A stretch of DNA of 62,713 nucleotides, filler included, from Choristocarpus tenellus KU-1152 (Eukaryota > Protista > Phaeophyceae), in NCBI GenBank assembly GCA_964200185.2. It is 12 parts of 12 records of this genome, joined end to end, with 100 filler letters (N's around TTAATTAATTAA, not from the genome) between each part and the next. Parts side by side here need not be neighbours in the genome. Positions count along the whole stretch, not along the records: positions 22,238 to 27,171 come from CAXNAD020012476.1; positions 27,272 to 30,774 come from CAXNAD020019585.1; positions 30,875 to 37,967 come from CAXNAD020006713.1; positions 38,068 to 41,222 come from CAXNAD020021914.1; 8 more parts are not named here. One strand, given 5' to 3'. The first letter of the stretch is position 1; every line of letters starts with the position of its first letter. The position numbers and the translations under genes are program-made. The notes below the pieces were generated by a model, which was not told the DNA's origin, did not search any database, and was given only the letters and a program-made list of their open reading frames with translations. Below, piece by piece: positions 25,607-38,923 of the stretch.

Positions 25607-25854
25607 GAGCCAAAGTGTCTTAGAGGGTAGAGTGGTGTCCATTTGGAGGCGATTATGATGTAATTTTGGCTATCGTGTTTGCTAGGAGGTGTCAATATCC
25701 CTTGTTCCGGACATACCTTTTCATAATATGCACATTTTACCTACTCTGAAACATTTTGAAGTAGGAAAATGTCATAAAAGAACCCATGGGAAACCAAGCC
25801 CCAAATGGACAAACAGGCCAAAACTCGTACGTACCCTCTAAGATACTTCCACTC
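25607..25854. mobile_element. MITE family A, complete copy
   Basis: GAGCCAAAGTGTCTTAGAGGGTAG ... GTACCCTCTAAGATACTT. The interior (CCTTTTCATAAT, CTACTCTGAAACATTT, CCAAGCCCCAAA) matches 2247-2447. Confidence 0.85.
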
Positions 25855-26351
25855 TAACAATGAAGACAAAAAAAAAATAACAAAAGCTATCATAACAGTG
25901 TTACAACAAATCAACATAATATAATGAAGATAATAACAAAAATAAAATAAAAAACATAAAAAAACTACAATCCTACTACGGAATCTACACTAGCCACTTC
26001 AAAATTGTAGTAATATTTAATAAACCATTTAAGATTATATATACCTAAATATATACCTGCACTGATGTGCCTCGAAGTGCATTTGTAAGGGCAACTGATT
26101 CCACTCCAGCATGAATAGTAGTCACTGTGATTGGTCGGTCATTGTCAATAATCTGCAACTGTCCCATCTTGCAATATATGCACACATACATTGTATTTAT
26201 GTATGTTCACAGAGGAAGCACAAGCAAGAAAAATATATATATATTATCAGCATATATTCATACAATTGTCTGCTTTCAAATATATACATACGCATACACT
26301 AAATACATGGTGTGGATTTGTAAGGATTCGGAGAGGGGAAAAAACTGAAAA

Positions 26352-26575
26352 TAAAAAGAACAGTAATACTAATTAATAATTCTATTCTATTACTAAAAAA
26401 TATAAGAATAAAAAGAACAATAATACTAATTGACAATTCAAACCTATCACTAAAAAATATCCAAAGAAAAAGAACAATAATACTAATTGATAATTCAAAC
26501 CTATCTCTAAAAAATATCCAAAGAAAAAGAACAATAATACTAATTGATAATTCAAACCTATCACTAAAAAATATA
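26352..26575. repeat. AT-rich minisatellite, ~57-bp unit x4
   Basis: Unit AAAAAGAACAATAATACTAATTGATAATTCAAACCTATCACTAAAAAATATCCAAAG. It also shows up as the repeated DRFELSISIIVLF in a spurious ORF. Confidence 0.85.
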
Positions 26576-27171
26576 ACAAAAAATATAAAAGAAAATAAAA
26601 GGAAGCAGAAAAACACTCCACCGACACGTCACGTTCGGTGTCATCAAAACAAACCAATTTGTTGGGGAGAGGGAGAGATGAGGTGGGGGGGAGGGAATTT
26701 GTCGTATCAAAAAATAAAACATAAATATATATATATATATATATATTTATAAATCTACATCAATTGTGCTGAATGTTAGGACATGTGCAGGGACAACAAT
26801 CAATAAAAAAAAAGAACAAAAAATCAGATTGGTGCAAAGAAAATAGTAGCAATAAAATATAGAAAATAAAATATTAAAAACTCCGGAAGAGTTAAGATAC
26901 CAACACATTTCTAAAAAGTAACAACGGGAAGGGAAAATACACCTCCCTCTCACTAAAATAAAATGTTCTTTTTTTACTATCGTGGATTACAAGCAGAGCC
27001 ACCCAATGGGATGGCTGAGCTGTAAAAAAAATGTGTATCAAAACTTTCTTACTAAAAGATCACCTTATCAGATGAGGAAAACTCATCAAAAGGGCAGAGA
27101 TAAGGTATGCTGTTCATGCCAAGGATGAGAGAGAGGTCATGCAGAAAAATCAAGGGAACAGAACACCCCCC

Positions 27172-27271
27172 NNNNNNNNNNNNNNNNNNNNNNNNNNNNN
27201 NNNNNNNNNNNNNNNTTAATTAATTAANNNNNNNNNNNNNNNNNNNNNNNNNNNNNNNNNNNNNNNNNNNN
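27172..27271. other. Artificial contig linker
   Basis: N44-TTAATTAATTAA-N44. Confidence 0.98.
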
Positions 27272-27413
27272 TGGGTAACTAAATCACGAAAAAAAAAGGA
27301 AAATCGAAAAAAGGATGCATAACTGCCGCCTACCCCTCCCCCCCCCCAGATACTTTGACCCCACTCTCTACCCCTTCTCCTTCCCCCCTCTCACGGTGCA
27401 ATGATTTTGGCAG

Positions 27414-28536
27414 CTACTTCAAAGTAATGGCGGACAAGGAGGCTGATGAGGAGCTGCTTAAGTTGGAGACCGATCTTGTGCTCTTTACAGACCCCGCTTT
27501 CCGTGTGTTTGCTGTCAAGTAAGTCATGCTAGAGTCCTTTGTGCAAGGTTACCCCTCATCACTGCCCTCTCCCCATTCACCAACCTGAACCTGTCTTCTT
27601 TGGGACTGTGAATTTGGAGTATGACTGTGTAAGAATGTTCTTGGTATGTTCTTCGAACACTCTGTAATGGTGAAGCAGAAAGATATTGGTAGTGAGTTAA
27701 TGACCTTGTCCATTAGATTTTTTTTGGCCTATTGGAATGAAATGTGTAGTCAATTTTGTGTGTGATATACTTATTTTGCTCCAGTGACAAGGGACTATCT
27801 AAATAAAGGCACAAGGAATATGATGTCAGTAGACATCCTCTAAACAAGATAGGTGTTTATTGTTAACAGGTGTGTATTTTTCCTCATAACCTGTTTTTGC
27901 CATAAAGTTCAATGAAAGGACTGCCCCCAATTCCCACTTCACCCATGCCCCAAAAGGCCATATCCCATATGGGAAATATTTTCCCTCAACCCATCCCATA
28001 ACTGTTCTTTGCCCATTGTGTAGTATCTAGTTGTGGGCTGCACTCTCCAGCCCTCCCCACCCCATATCGTACGAACCAGGGAGTTCTTGTCATACACTAG
28101 CAATGAAAGTAGAGTTACAAAGAATATAATACATACTTGGTACAGGTGTGGCAGTGTGAGCTTCCACTAGAGGTTGCAAGGTCAAAGCTGCTGTATAGTA
28201 CAGATGATTTTGAAGGTTAGGTAAAAGATTTGTACTTGTACGCTCACAGGAACCTGAAGTGTGCCTCCACAGCTTGATACATGAACATAAGAGTGTCAAT
28301 TCTTGATTCACAAATGAACTGAGAAGGACCTCCGCCTCCTGCCCTGATTACCCCTCTCTTTCTTTCGTTTTCTCTTCCCCCTGGTGATGGTGATGATGAT
28401 GGTGATGTGCTGTCTTTGGTGAAACAGGTACGCTGAAGATCAGGAGGCGTTCTTCAATGACTATGCTGCAGCCCACAAGAAGCTGAGCGAGCTGGGCTCA
28501 AAGTTTGAGGTGGAAGGGGGCATCAGCATCGACTAA
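27414..28536 (+). CDS. APX: L-ascorbate peroxidase (class I heme peroxidase), last two exons 27414-27518 and 28428-28536
   Basis: Phase-2 GT-AG intron joins [70 protein letters not shown]. This is the classic APX C-terminus (YA.DQ.AFF.DYA.AH.KLSELG) with a tail like plastid stromal APX. Absent from the supplied ORF track. Confidence 0.92.
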
Positions 28537-29743
28537 GACTGTTCTGCCTGCTGTCCTTTTTTGGGGGGGGAGGGGGGGGGACTGCGACATTGCCAATATT
28601 ATGATAATGTGCAGACGAAAATGCAGGGGGTAAATGGAAAGTGTTCAGACCACCTTTTTTATATTTTTTTCCATTGGTTGAGGAATTGGAGGACTCAAGC
28701 ATGATAAGGGATGCACTTGGTGCATGGTGTATTATTTGATTGGTTATTCATGGGATTGGTCTTCATGTTAGCCTTGCAATATCCTAGTAGGCACCCTGCC
28801 CTTTCCTAGCAATTGAGGGTTATGATTAGGGTTAGACTGTAGTTTTACCTTGATCATGCACCCATTTTGAGTTGTCAGTTGTGAGTAATGCTACCACTGT
28901 GAGAATGGTACGCATTACATATATTTTTTGTGCACCATACACACACACACACACACACACATTAACGCTCTGAGTTTACTAGAAACCCAATTTCTTTGTA
29001 TGCAAATGTGCTTAAGAAGATGGGTGGGGGTAGGGGGTTGTGTGAGCAATGGAGACTCTTGAGTTCTAAGGTATTGGTGGATCCATGTGTGAGGAGGGAG
29101 AGAGCGGGGTTGCAGAACCTGGTATTGGCGTTATGCCCTGGATGTTTTCCATTTTTTTTGTGTCTGTGGTTGCTTTGTTGTCTTCTACAATTCCTGACAG
29201 GCAGGTCTTACTGCTGTTCTCCTGTATTAGGCTTAAAATTCAATGTGTTGGTGTGATTGGTTTATTCCTATGGTGGTAAGAGTATTTCACTTCCTTGATC
29301 TTTCTTGCACATTCCCAGTTGCCCTAATGGTTGCATGTCAAAAGCTTTTTTTCATGTTGAGGTTACTAATATTTTGATGTTGATGGACATTTGAGTGTTT
29401 GTACCATACCTGGATTGATCGATCAAGGTGAAGGGAGAACCAAAGTGTTCCATCTTCAAAAATACAAGCACCAATATGATTCGGAAAAGCTTTCGAGCTT
29501 ACCCTGTTAAAGTACACACTTATCTTATTGTTAACTACACCCTATACTTTTTCTGACATTTCGTTTTGTCATGATGGCATTACCTCTCTTCAATTGCTTT
29601 ACTAGTATTGATTTGGTTGGATAGTCTTTTTTTTGGGTGGTTGTTAGAGGGAAACATAAGTGAACACGACACTCTGTACTTGTAAAATCAGAGATATATC
29701 ATTATTTGAGGTGGTGAAGAAGTGGAGCAAAATTTACTGTATT

Positions 29744-29878
29744 AACAGCCTCTCAGCAAAATTGAGGATGAAGCATGCCATGGAGGATGAGTTTGACCCA
29801 AAATGGTGCGTGGAAAGTGCTCATATGTTTTTTTTAATAAATGTTGTGGCACGTTTTAAGGGCCCCTTTTTGAATGGG
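29744..29878 (+). repeat. Dispersed repeat family C
   Basis: Aligns to the reverse complement of 41496-41630. A partial copy lies at ~3120-3165 (AATTGAGGATGGGCTTGACCCAAAAT). Confidence 0.85.
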
Positions 29879-30638
29879 AATCCATGCCGAAGGTGGTAGT
29901 AGGACAGTGTGTGGGGGGTGGCAATGGTTTCGTTTGATCATCGTGCACATGTATGCCCTGCGTTGGCTTGCTTGCTTGAATTAGTGTGGTCGGTGGAGTT
30001 GTTTGACTGTCGATGGTGGAGGTGGTAGAAAAAAATATTACTTCGAAGTAGTTTTTGTTCGGGGCGGCGTTTCATCGTCATTATAGATGGTTGACTGACA
30101 AGAAGAGAAGAAGTGCTATTTTCCCATTTTATTCAATTGTTTATCAATTATTGCTATCGTCGCCAAGTAGAAGAAGAAGCTAACACTAAGCGCATATAAG
30201 TGTTGACATTATATGATGATTGACCTCTTTGTACGAATATGTCAGTCATGCCCGAATTGTCATTTGTTGCAATCTGCCCCCCCCCCACCCTGTCAGATAC
30301 GCTGATCTGCATTTTTCTATTTCCTCGGGAAAGTTGTAGGACTTGTCACACATTGCAAGAGAACAAGAGGGAGAAGGAGAATGAGGCCACAACAGCCCAG
30401 AGCTAAAATATAGTAAAAAATAATCTTCCATCACATAAAAAGAAAACAGCAGCTTTTTCAATTTGTTGCTCATTCGTTGTACCCCTCCTCTCCCCGCCAC
30501 CGCACGAAACTGTGCACGTCACCTGAAGCTAGAATGGGCACCGACTCTGGTAAGCATGTTACCGGGAGTGCAACAGACACACGAACAACCTGCTTGAACT
30601 AACTACTGGATGAACGAGGCATCATCAACAAAAACACT

Positions 30639-30774
30639 GAGTCAAAGTATCTTAGGGGGTAGAGTCGCGTCCATTTGGGGCGCAAAATCCACTGTTTCGA
30701 TTTCGATGTAATTTTGGCTATCGTGTTTATTAGGAGATGTCAATATCCTCGTTCCGGACACACCTTTTCATAAC
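30639..30774. mobile_element. MITE family A, copy truncated by the contig end
   Basis: GAGTCAAAGTATCTTAGGGGGTAGAG...GATGTAATTTTGGCTATCGTGTTT...CCTTTTCATAA matches the 25607 copy. Confidence 0.85.
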
Positions 30775-30874
30775 NNNNNNNNNNNNNNNNNNNNNNNNNN
30801 NNNNNNNNNNNNNNNNNNTTAATTAATTAANNNNNNNNNNNNNNNNNNNNNNNNNNNNNNNNNNNNNNNNNNNN
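30775..30874. other. Artificial contig linker
   Basis: N44-TTAATTAATTAA-N44. Confidence 0.98.
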
Positions 30875-31146
30875 CCCCCCCCCCCCCCCCCCCCAGATAC
30901 TTTGAGCCTTTCTGCCAAAAGACTTGAAACTTTTCGGGAAAGGTTAAAATGAAAAATGGCAAAACAAAAACCATGAAAGGAAAATTATACAAAAAAAGCA
31001 GAAAATCACGAAATAAGTGGTGTGGAGTGGGTGCTCTCTATGCAGGGGGTACTTCCTCAACAAGGATGTCTCCCCAACGCATTGTAACACAATATACCCT
31101 TTTTGTAAAACAATGTACGCAACTTGGCGTGGTTCTGAGTAGAACA

Positions 31147-33780
31147 CTATCCTTCTTTCATATCGGGGGAACGAGATGATAAAAATGTCAACACATTTAA
31201 GGGATTGTCTCGTATTTGCCAAACACAACCGAGGGATTGGAGCACCTCTGCTTGATCACGGATCACAGATAGAAGCTCGGTTTGTATGACTTCATGCACT
31301 AAAACTGAGACTTCAACATTTTTAGGTGATAAAGAGTTACTCAAGAGTATATATTCTAAGCGTTCTGATTACTCACCATTACTATCTGGTCAGTTAATGT
31401 TCAGGCTTTTGATTGAAAGGGGAAAATCACACTAGAGTTTGAGCCCTTTCAGCCTTATCGAAAAAACTAGTCTTCCCGTGGCTCTAATAATGATATATAC
31501 AGTTGCCATACAACAAAAAAACAAAAAGATTGGTCGGAAGATCTACTGGCAGTCAGTCTTGATGCACTCCAAGCACACTGATGTCGAGGCACAAAGTAGA
31601 ACTGGAACACTAAATCTATGCCAGCTGGTTCAATCTAGTATCTGGCATGAGGCCACCTTCCAGCCAAGTGCTGTTAGTTCCAAACGGCGGTCTTGGCAAT
31701 AAAAAGACCGAAAAGACGCCTTGCAGTGAGCACACGCTGTGCCAAAGAATCTTGTATCTCTCCTCCTGCCCCAGTGACAATGGTGAAACACGGAAGCACT
31801 TTTTGCAGTTGAGAGTGTGTCTGCTTGAGATTGAGATTGGTCAAATGTCGAGACGAGAGATAGGGAATAGAATGCTGTTCATCGTTGGGATGGATGGCAT
31901 TTGGGACCAAAGGCAGTAATAAGGTTGCTTACACACCATTCCACTAAACAGCGATTCCCAGATCTTGACAGAAATTATTGTCAGGTGAGTCAGACACAAA
32001 AAGGTATCCCAATTGCAGAAAGGATCGAATTCTTGACGATAGAAACTGCTAACGCCTCTGAACTAATCTGCAGATGTTTATTGTTCATAGGTCATGTACA
32101 CACAAGCTACTATACTAAAAAAACTAAAATGGACTAACATTATGCAGTTACAACTGTCTTCGTATTATTAATAAAACTGAAAAGGAATTAATCTTGTGGT
32201 TCAAATGGTAAGTAAAAAAAGCGCAGTCTTTCAAAGCATGTTGGGTGAAACGAATGATACAAATTCTGCTCCATTTCCAGCCATCCATGCACCACAATCT
32301 CTCCCTCGAACAGTTCATCATACAATACACTTTGAAGCAAGTCAGTGTCCTTGTTTCAGTCAACAATCACAAGTGATTCACCAAAGTAGGCAATCAGATT
32401 GTGGGCTGGTTCAATTGACTAGGAGCAATGGCATTGGATGAACATATTCTTGGGAATTTGGGTAAATAGACCGTTTTTCTATCTGCAACTTACAGTACTA
32501 TATGGAAAATGTTATTTCAGGTGTATGTTACTATGATGAGCTCTCTAATCTGCATTTTTACACAGCTACTTAATCAAATCTTTCTTGCATAAAAATATTG
32601 GTGTGCTGAGTTGTGGTAGTGCTGTATAGACCTTCAAGCAAACATCCAGATATTGACATTCTTTTTCATTTCCTTAATTGACCCTTTTTGGGATGATTGA
32701 AATTCATTCTCATTAGATTATAGAGCTGCATGTCCTTTGAGGAGAGATTCTTGAAGCAGTGGAGACACTGTGACTGCAGCATCTGCAATTTAAGAAGCAA
32801 ACTCTTCAAAGCACCACCAGCAACATTTGAATCTTCACACTCTGACAATCATTCACAACTTCTATAGTTAGGACAGAGTTATTTTAGTTTTTCAGGAAAC
32901 CATTAAAACCTCAAGGGTCACTTGTATCACTCAGTCTACGACTTACTTGCACCACCCGGAGTACCTCAGACTATATGTTACTAGCATTTGTCGTGCCACA
33001 TTTGGCACTTGCCACGTTGAGGTATTGCAAGAGATACTAGAATCATACCCTGAGCACATGGGAGCCCATTGTTTCTCCTCATTGGTCGTATGTTCAATAG
33101 CAGCAAGTAAGGTCCTGTCTTGCCAATTATATTTCTTGTGAGTTAATTGCAGACAAAGGAATAGTGAAAATTGGAAGGTGTAAACACCACAAATGCTCTT
33201 ATTATCGGAATGGGGGTCTGCCATTGGACAACCGTATGTCCATGCTTTGCTCCTCAAAGAAGTCCCATGGATAGTTCATTCAGCCTGTGTCGGTGAAATA
33301 GGATGCATGAGATATGAGAGTGTATCATAAACCTACTTAGAGTATTATGCAATGTGTGATGAAAAATCTCTTACTGTTATTTCCTGTTACACACAGCACA
33401 CATCACGTATCTGGCTACATACTCATAAAGTCTCTAAACATGTGATCATTGACTTGAGGACTCTCAAAAAATTTCGTTGCTACTCTGTGACTCACAGATA
33501 TCACTGTCAAGACAGGGCCCAAACCTCGAAGGCTTTTTCCTCCCTCTACCAAATCGCTGCCAACACCGTAAAATATTTCAGTCTCAAGGTAGATAACGAA
33601 ATTTGAATTCGTGAGAAAGCCAGATAAGTAAATCCAGGTTGTACCTTTCAGTTTCACACACATGTCATGGTTCCTTGAGAATTCTTGCCCGCCTTTCTAT
33701 CTGGTTTGCAGTAGCTGGTGGTACGACTCCATTCTATATATTCTTCTACAATCTTCAACTCGCCAGCTGTCAGATCTGTA
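31147..33780 (-). CDS. Probable further exons of the RGS-domain gene; exon boundaries unresolved
   Basis: Series of protein-like minus-strand segments (33415-33663 'NSNFVIYLETEIFY', 32666-32848, 31674-31910, 31147-31344) on the same strand, downstream of the RGS exons. I could not build a phase-consistent model. Confidence 0.35.
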
Positions 33781-34249
33781 GACCCTCTATCGACAAAGCT
33801 CTGAATATAAGCAAGGGGGCGATCAGCTAAGGGGTTGAGGAAGGAGCACAGTGAGTCATGCCAAGATCAGGGAAGTACTGTAGAGGTCACAAAGAAGGAA
33901 AGCAACATCGAAATTAAACCACTGACCCTAACCTACAGTATGTTCCATACTACATATTCCTAGTACATATTCATGGAGTCAATATCATGTATGCATTTCT
34001 CCTGCAATGTCTTCCCCTTCAATCTTGGCGTCACTTCTATGTATTGTGTTATTACCAGGTTGTTGCATTGTGCTCAAGAGTACTCAGTAGTTGACTACAG
34101 TGTATCCTGTGTGGTATTTCTTCACCAAATCTATAGTTCTTGAAATTGCCTGGAACAAGAGTCAAAACAGTTATTTTGACTGAGTGGAAATCTGACTGGC
34201 TGTCTCCAAATGCTCCTGAATAAGCAAAATCTGGTATTATTGCACCAAC

Positions 34250-36269
34250 CTTCCGCCAAGATTCAAACTGGAAAGAGTTGGCTTTAGACACATGCGCATG
34301 AAGCAAAAGTCTTAAGCAACCATTACTCCCAAGAACTTCAAAAACAAAATTGCGCTCATGTGAGGAGAACACACTGAAATCTCTTCACCATTTCGGTAGC
34401 TTCTAAGGTCGTAAATTATAATGAAAAGGAGCCCAGCCAGTTAACCACAAAACAGTAGTAGATTGAAACGATTATTTCTCACCTCAATTGTTTAGACAAT
34501 GACTGAAACTTGCAACGGAAAAAGATACCCTGATGAGATCATGGGACTACTCAGGGTCTCGAAGGTCAAGAAGTATCATACCAAGTACATACTCAGTGCA
34601 TAGGGTGATTCTGCCACATTTTACTCCATCACATAGGTTATTCTCACCTGGAGAGTTGCAGCAATGGTGTCCATGAAGCGGGGAAAAGCATCTGTCTCAA
34701 TCATGTTGAAGACTTGGCACTGGGCCTGGTCAAAGATGTTGCGAAACTGCAAGGCTTGAATTTCCTCTTGACCAACCTGTTGCAGACGACCGTGTGGTGT
34801 GGAGGCTGAGAGTCTTAGCACTAATTCCTACTTTTCATCTCAGGATGAACCATTCTCATCACTGTCATCATTTTCTTGGAAGCACAACTCAATTAATCAA
34901 GGCTTTGGTGTGGGCAATAATGTGCAACTTCCTATTTTCTCCCAAACCATCATCAACAGCAACTATATTCTCTTCTCTTCCATCATCCTCAGTCCCAATC
35001 ATTTTGGTACATTGAGATTATACACAATATTACTGCCCACACTAATTATAACAAAAATATATAGACTCAGGCTCAGGCCCAGGCCACAGCATGAATGCAG
35101 CCAACTTTTTGTGATCAGTACCCTGAAAATTCGTAAGCCAGGTGAAGGACAGAAACTAGGCCAGCACCATCGCTTAACTATAGTTACATGCTTTTTCAGA
35201 GGTTGCTGATCAGTACCCTGAAAATTCGTAAGCCAGGTGAAGGACAGAAACTAGGCCAGCTCCATCGCTTAACTATAGCTACATGCTTTCCCTACCAGTG
35301 TCTTTAATCATTGCCTGATAATGCTCTTGACATCATGGTCTTGGCCACTGGTCATATTTGGCATCAAGTGTGCACACAAGACCAAAATGTGACCCACAAT
35401 ACATTTTGGGCCATGTGGAGGGGATGAAGGAGTAGTGCTACACCCAAGGACGGCTCAAGCACAAAGGTCCATGTCATTCACGCACCAAGTCCATCTAGAG
35501 TTTTATCCACAGTTGGCAAGATCCATCACCTTCTAGGTGTAAGCTGCTTCCTAGAGGCACACATGGCTTTACTTGGAGATAGAGAATCCCCTTGCCCCCG
35601 GCCCCACCCCCCACACAATCACCAGCTTCTTCAAAAATTGGGGTTGTGCCCTATGACAATTTCAAAGTGGGTTGTGCAATTTACCCTTGGGCTAGTATTC
35701 TTCTCTCACCATCTTATACTCTTACCTTCAACATATGCCGTTCTACATTTGTTACAGTCTCATTCCTCACACTGCTGCTGACATTAACTTCCATCTTTGC
35801 TCCTGGTTTGATGAACCTACTTGATACAACAACACCATTGCAATGGAAACATACACACGAGCAGAGGCACAGGGCAATTGCTGAAATCTGAATCATGCAA
35901 GGTATGCCTTCCAAGGGCTATGAAGTGTTCTATCTGAACTATTGGGGGAAGGAGGGATAGCGCATGCCAAACTAATATCACTATCCCACAATGTTAAGTC
36001 ATATATGCAACCTCCCAGACAGCAACTATCATAAAGAATACTTTGCTCAATTGCTGGCAGCGACAAGCTTAAGGAGAACTCGATCAAACAGTGCAAAAAT
36101 GAGTGAACTCCTACTTTCATGTGATCTACTCCCAAATAGTGCTTCCTAGAAAGGTGTAGACAGGCTAGGACAATTAAATCACAGTGATCGCAGACTAGTC
36201 ATACCTTTCACATATGTTGGTAGCCAACACTGGTAGGGCACCCACTTCAGCCAGACGAAAGTGCTCCAC
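34250..36269 (-). CDS. RGS (regulator of G-protein signalling) domain protein, internal exons 36269-36205, 35816-35726, 34776-34648, 34529-34483, 34373-~34250
   Basis: Four phase-consistent GT-AG introns give VEHFRLAEVGALPVLATNICER-FIKPGAKMEVNVSSSVRNETVTNVERHMLK-VGQEEIQALQFRNIFDQAQCQVFNMIETDAFPRFMDT. RGS hallmarks FI..GA..EVN and FD.AQ..VF..ME.D.FPRF are present. Confidence 0.85.
35112..35289. repeat. Near-identical tandem duplication (83-bp block, 95-bp period) in an RGS intron
   Basis: TGATCAGTACCCTGAAAATTCGTAAGCCAGGTGAAGGACAGAAACTAGGCCAGC.CCATCGCTTAACTATAG.TACATGCTTT at 35112 and 35207. Confidence 0.9.
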
Positions 36270-37967
36270 CTGATAAACACAGGCAATCACATCTGCTCGC
36301 TTTATTATTATCAATCGCAACTTAAGCAGTGAAACAGTAATGGCAGCTGGCATGCAAACTTGATGGCAGTTCGATTTTGTGCAGTTCCGTTGCAAAATGC
36401 AAATCATGCTCTTTCTTATCAGTACTCTGGCACCTACTGTGCAATATAGTTATCATTTATCATGTACTTTGAAGTATTCTGCACCACCTCTTGGTTGAAC
36501 AACTCTTTTGTTCATGGTACAAAACACATTGAAGAACACTTGAATCATTGAATGTGGATTTTACAACAAACAGAAGAAACTCGTGCTGATTTTCGATTCA
36601 TGTTCCTTGAAAAGGATACAGAAACTGCCCTAGCATGTGCTGAGCCTTACCCCTGGAAAAATCAAAATCTAGAGCCCAGTATATTACATAGCATGAACAA
36701 ATCCCCTCATTGACACACAAGAGTGTTAATATTCAGGCATGTCCCAACACATTTGAAAATATGCTAACACAAACGAGTGGAAGTCTGTAACATTGTGATG
36801 TTGCCAAGCAAGATCAAGCATGGCGTGGCTGGAGATGTAAATGAATAGGCAATAGCTGCCACAGTGGCCGTTGGCATTACCATTGTTGAAACAACAAAGC
36901 GTCATTGGTGTTAGGCTTAGGCAATACTTACCAGTTGATGGAGTAAACAACCCCACTTCCTTAATCTGGGGAAAGAATCGCAAAATGGCATCCAACAAAA
37001 TTGACTGATAAGCAGACCATTAATGTGTGCTTCATCAGCTGGTAGTGCAAGTATGGAGAGATGAACACAGACAACCGCCATTTTAATATAAAGCATAATG
37101 TCAGCACCACGTACAATTTTTTACATTCACACAACATTGGCCTGGTGTGAACTGGTCCTTCCTTGCAATTCCCAAATTTCTACTATTTCCTTCATGTTTT
37201 TGTAGGAATAGTGCATACTGTACTAGCAAATTCAACATACTCAAGAACAGCTTGCCATAGTCAAATATTTACAGTAGGAACTGACTGTCAGCTGACGAAA
37301 ATGTAGAACTCTAGAACGGCACTTCAAATAGCATCATTACTCTATGTTGGCATCCAAGGCACAATGATGACATAACCTCAATATGCAATTTGAACAATTA
37401 ACCAAAAACGATCTGAAGAAATAGTTTGACAAGCATGATTTGCACAAATCTACACTAGAAGTCCAAATGCACCATGCCTCCCATCCAAGGCAGACGTGGA
37501 TCATCTCCTGTGAATGAAAAACCAATATACAAAGCACCACCATGTTTGAGGGTATGCTACATCTAATGATAACAGCTACAGTTTGCTATAATGGAATTGT
37601 ATGTCAACCAAAGCGCATATTGTACAAGCCTAAATATTGTCATTACCTTAGTAATATGTCAGTATAAACAACCATTGAAGCAAGTGTCAGTGGATATCAC
37701 CTCTGCACCATACTACATGGTACTGTATCTCATATCTATGCATTCACATGCCCTAAGAATACACACTTGAGCCATACTATAGGCTGTATAACCTGAGAGG
37801 ATATTATGAAACCAGTGTTGAAAGTCCTCTTTGTCACATACTGGTGTACATAGAAGTGAATTGCTCTACTGCATAATATTGCAGTTCATTATGTCCATCT
37901 TCTTACCGAAGATGCTCTAAATGAAATCAATACTGTGATCGCGCAGCTAGGTCATAGGACGCTAGAT

Positions 37968-38067
37968 NNNNNNNNNNNNNNNNNNNNNNNNNNNNNNNNN
38001 NNNNNNNNNNNTTAATTAATTAANNNNNNNNNNNNNNNNNNNNNNNNNNNNNNNNNNNNNNNNNNNN
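37968..38067. other. Artificial contig linker
   Basis: N44-TTAATTAATTAA-N44. Confidence 0.98.
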
Positions 38068-38923
38068 CCCCCCTCCCAGATACTTTGGGTTTGTATTGAA
38101 ATAGTAGTCTCTCGAACCGCTGCTGCTACACAGGATATCTCTGTTCACCCTTGCTGCCATCCGGGCACAACAGCTTCAGAAAAAGAAGATAGGATTCACT
38201 GATTGCAACATGGACATTCAAGGTCCATCATCTGCTGGTCCCTGCTACAGAGCACTCTGGAGCAGTCAATTACAAAAGTTGGAGAAATCAGCACCAAAGT
38301 TGAGGAACGTAATGCCTTTTATGCAGTAGTAATACATGCTCTGCACGGCACCGATATAAAGCCAGTGTCACCTAGGGTCCGTATAACAACATAGGATTCG
38401 CCTCACACTAGTAACACCCAGCATTCCTGAGCAGAAAACAAGATAGGAAACGAGACATTCCATCACAGAGGAAGGGTGCACATGTGCTCGTGTGTGTGTG
38501 TTATTATTGTTGAGTATTGGGACACCTGTGATCACCTTTTGGTACACGTTTCCTCCTTTCTAGCACTCTGGAGGGGAATCTTGCAGTCAGGTTGACGAAA
38601 TCATCTGTACTTTTTATTTTTCTATATTTATTTTATTTAACAGTTTGTTGCATTTCAGGCAGAAGCTTCAAAGAGTCCTAAAATGGACTCCCCTTCCTTG
38701 AAGGTAGGGGGGGGGGCTCGAATATTCCAATTACTTGTAAGTCAGGTGGAGACTATCAATAGACCTAGCAATAGACGGGAATAGAGGGTAGAGAAATGAG
38801 AGAAGTGGTCTCGTGAGACACCACACCGACAAAGGTGACAAATGTAATTAAGGTAGACACCAATGTTCCACTGTGGTAGAAGGCAAAAGAGGCAATGCCA
38901 GCAAAGGTTTCTCACTCAAGTCA

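Noticed and set aside
26352-26575. CRISPR array, or repeat protein from ORFs 26299-26616 and 26382-26657
   Set aside because: Units are contiguous with no unique spacers, the context is eukaryotic, and the ORFs are low-complexity read-through of a minisatellite.
26600-26657. Additional TPS exon (VCFDDTERDVSVECFS)
   Set aside because: No suitable flanking AG/GT sites and only vague similarity.
22456-28536. Stress-tolerance gene cluster (TPS + APX, with FES1 nearby)
   Set aside because: The genes are on different contigs separated by artificial linkers.
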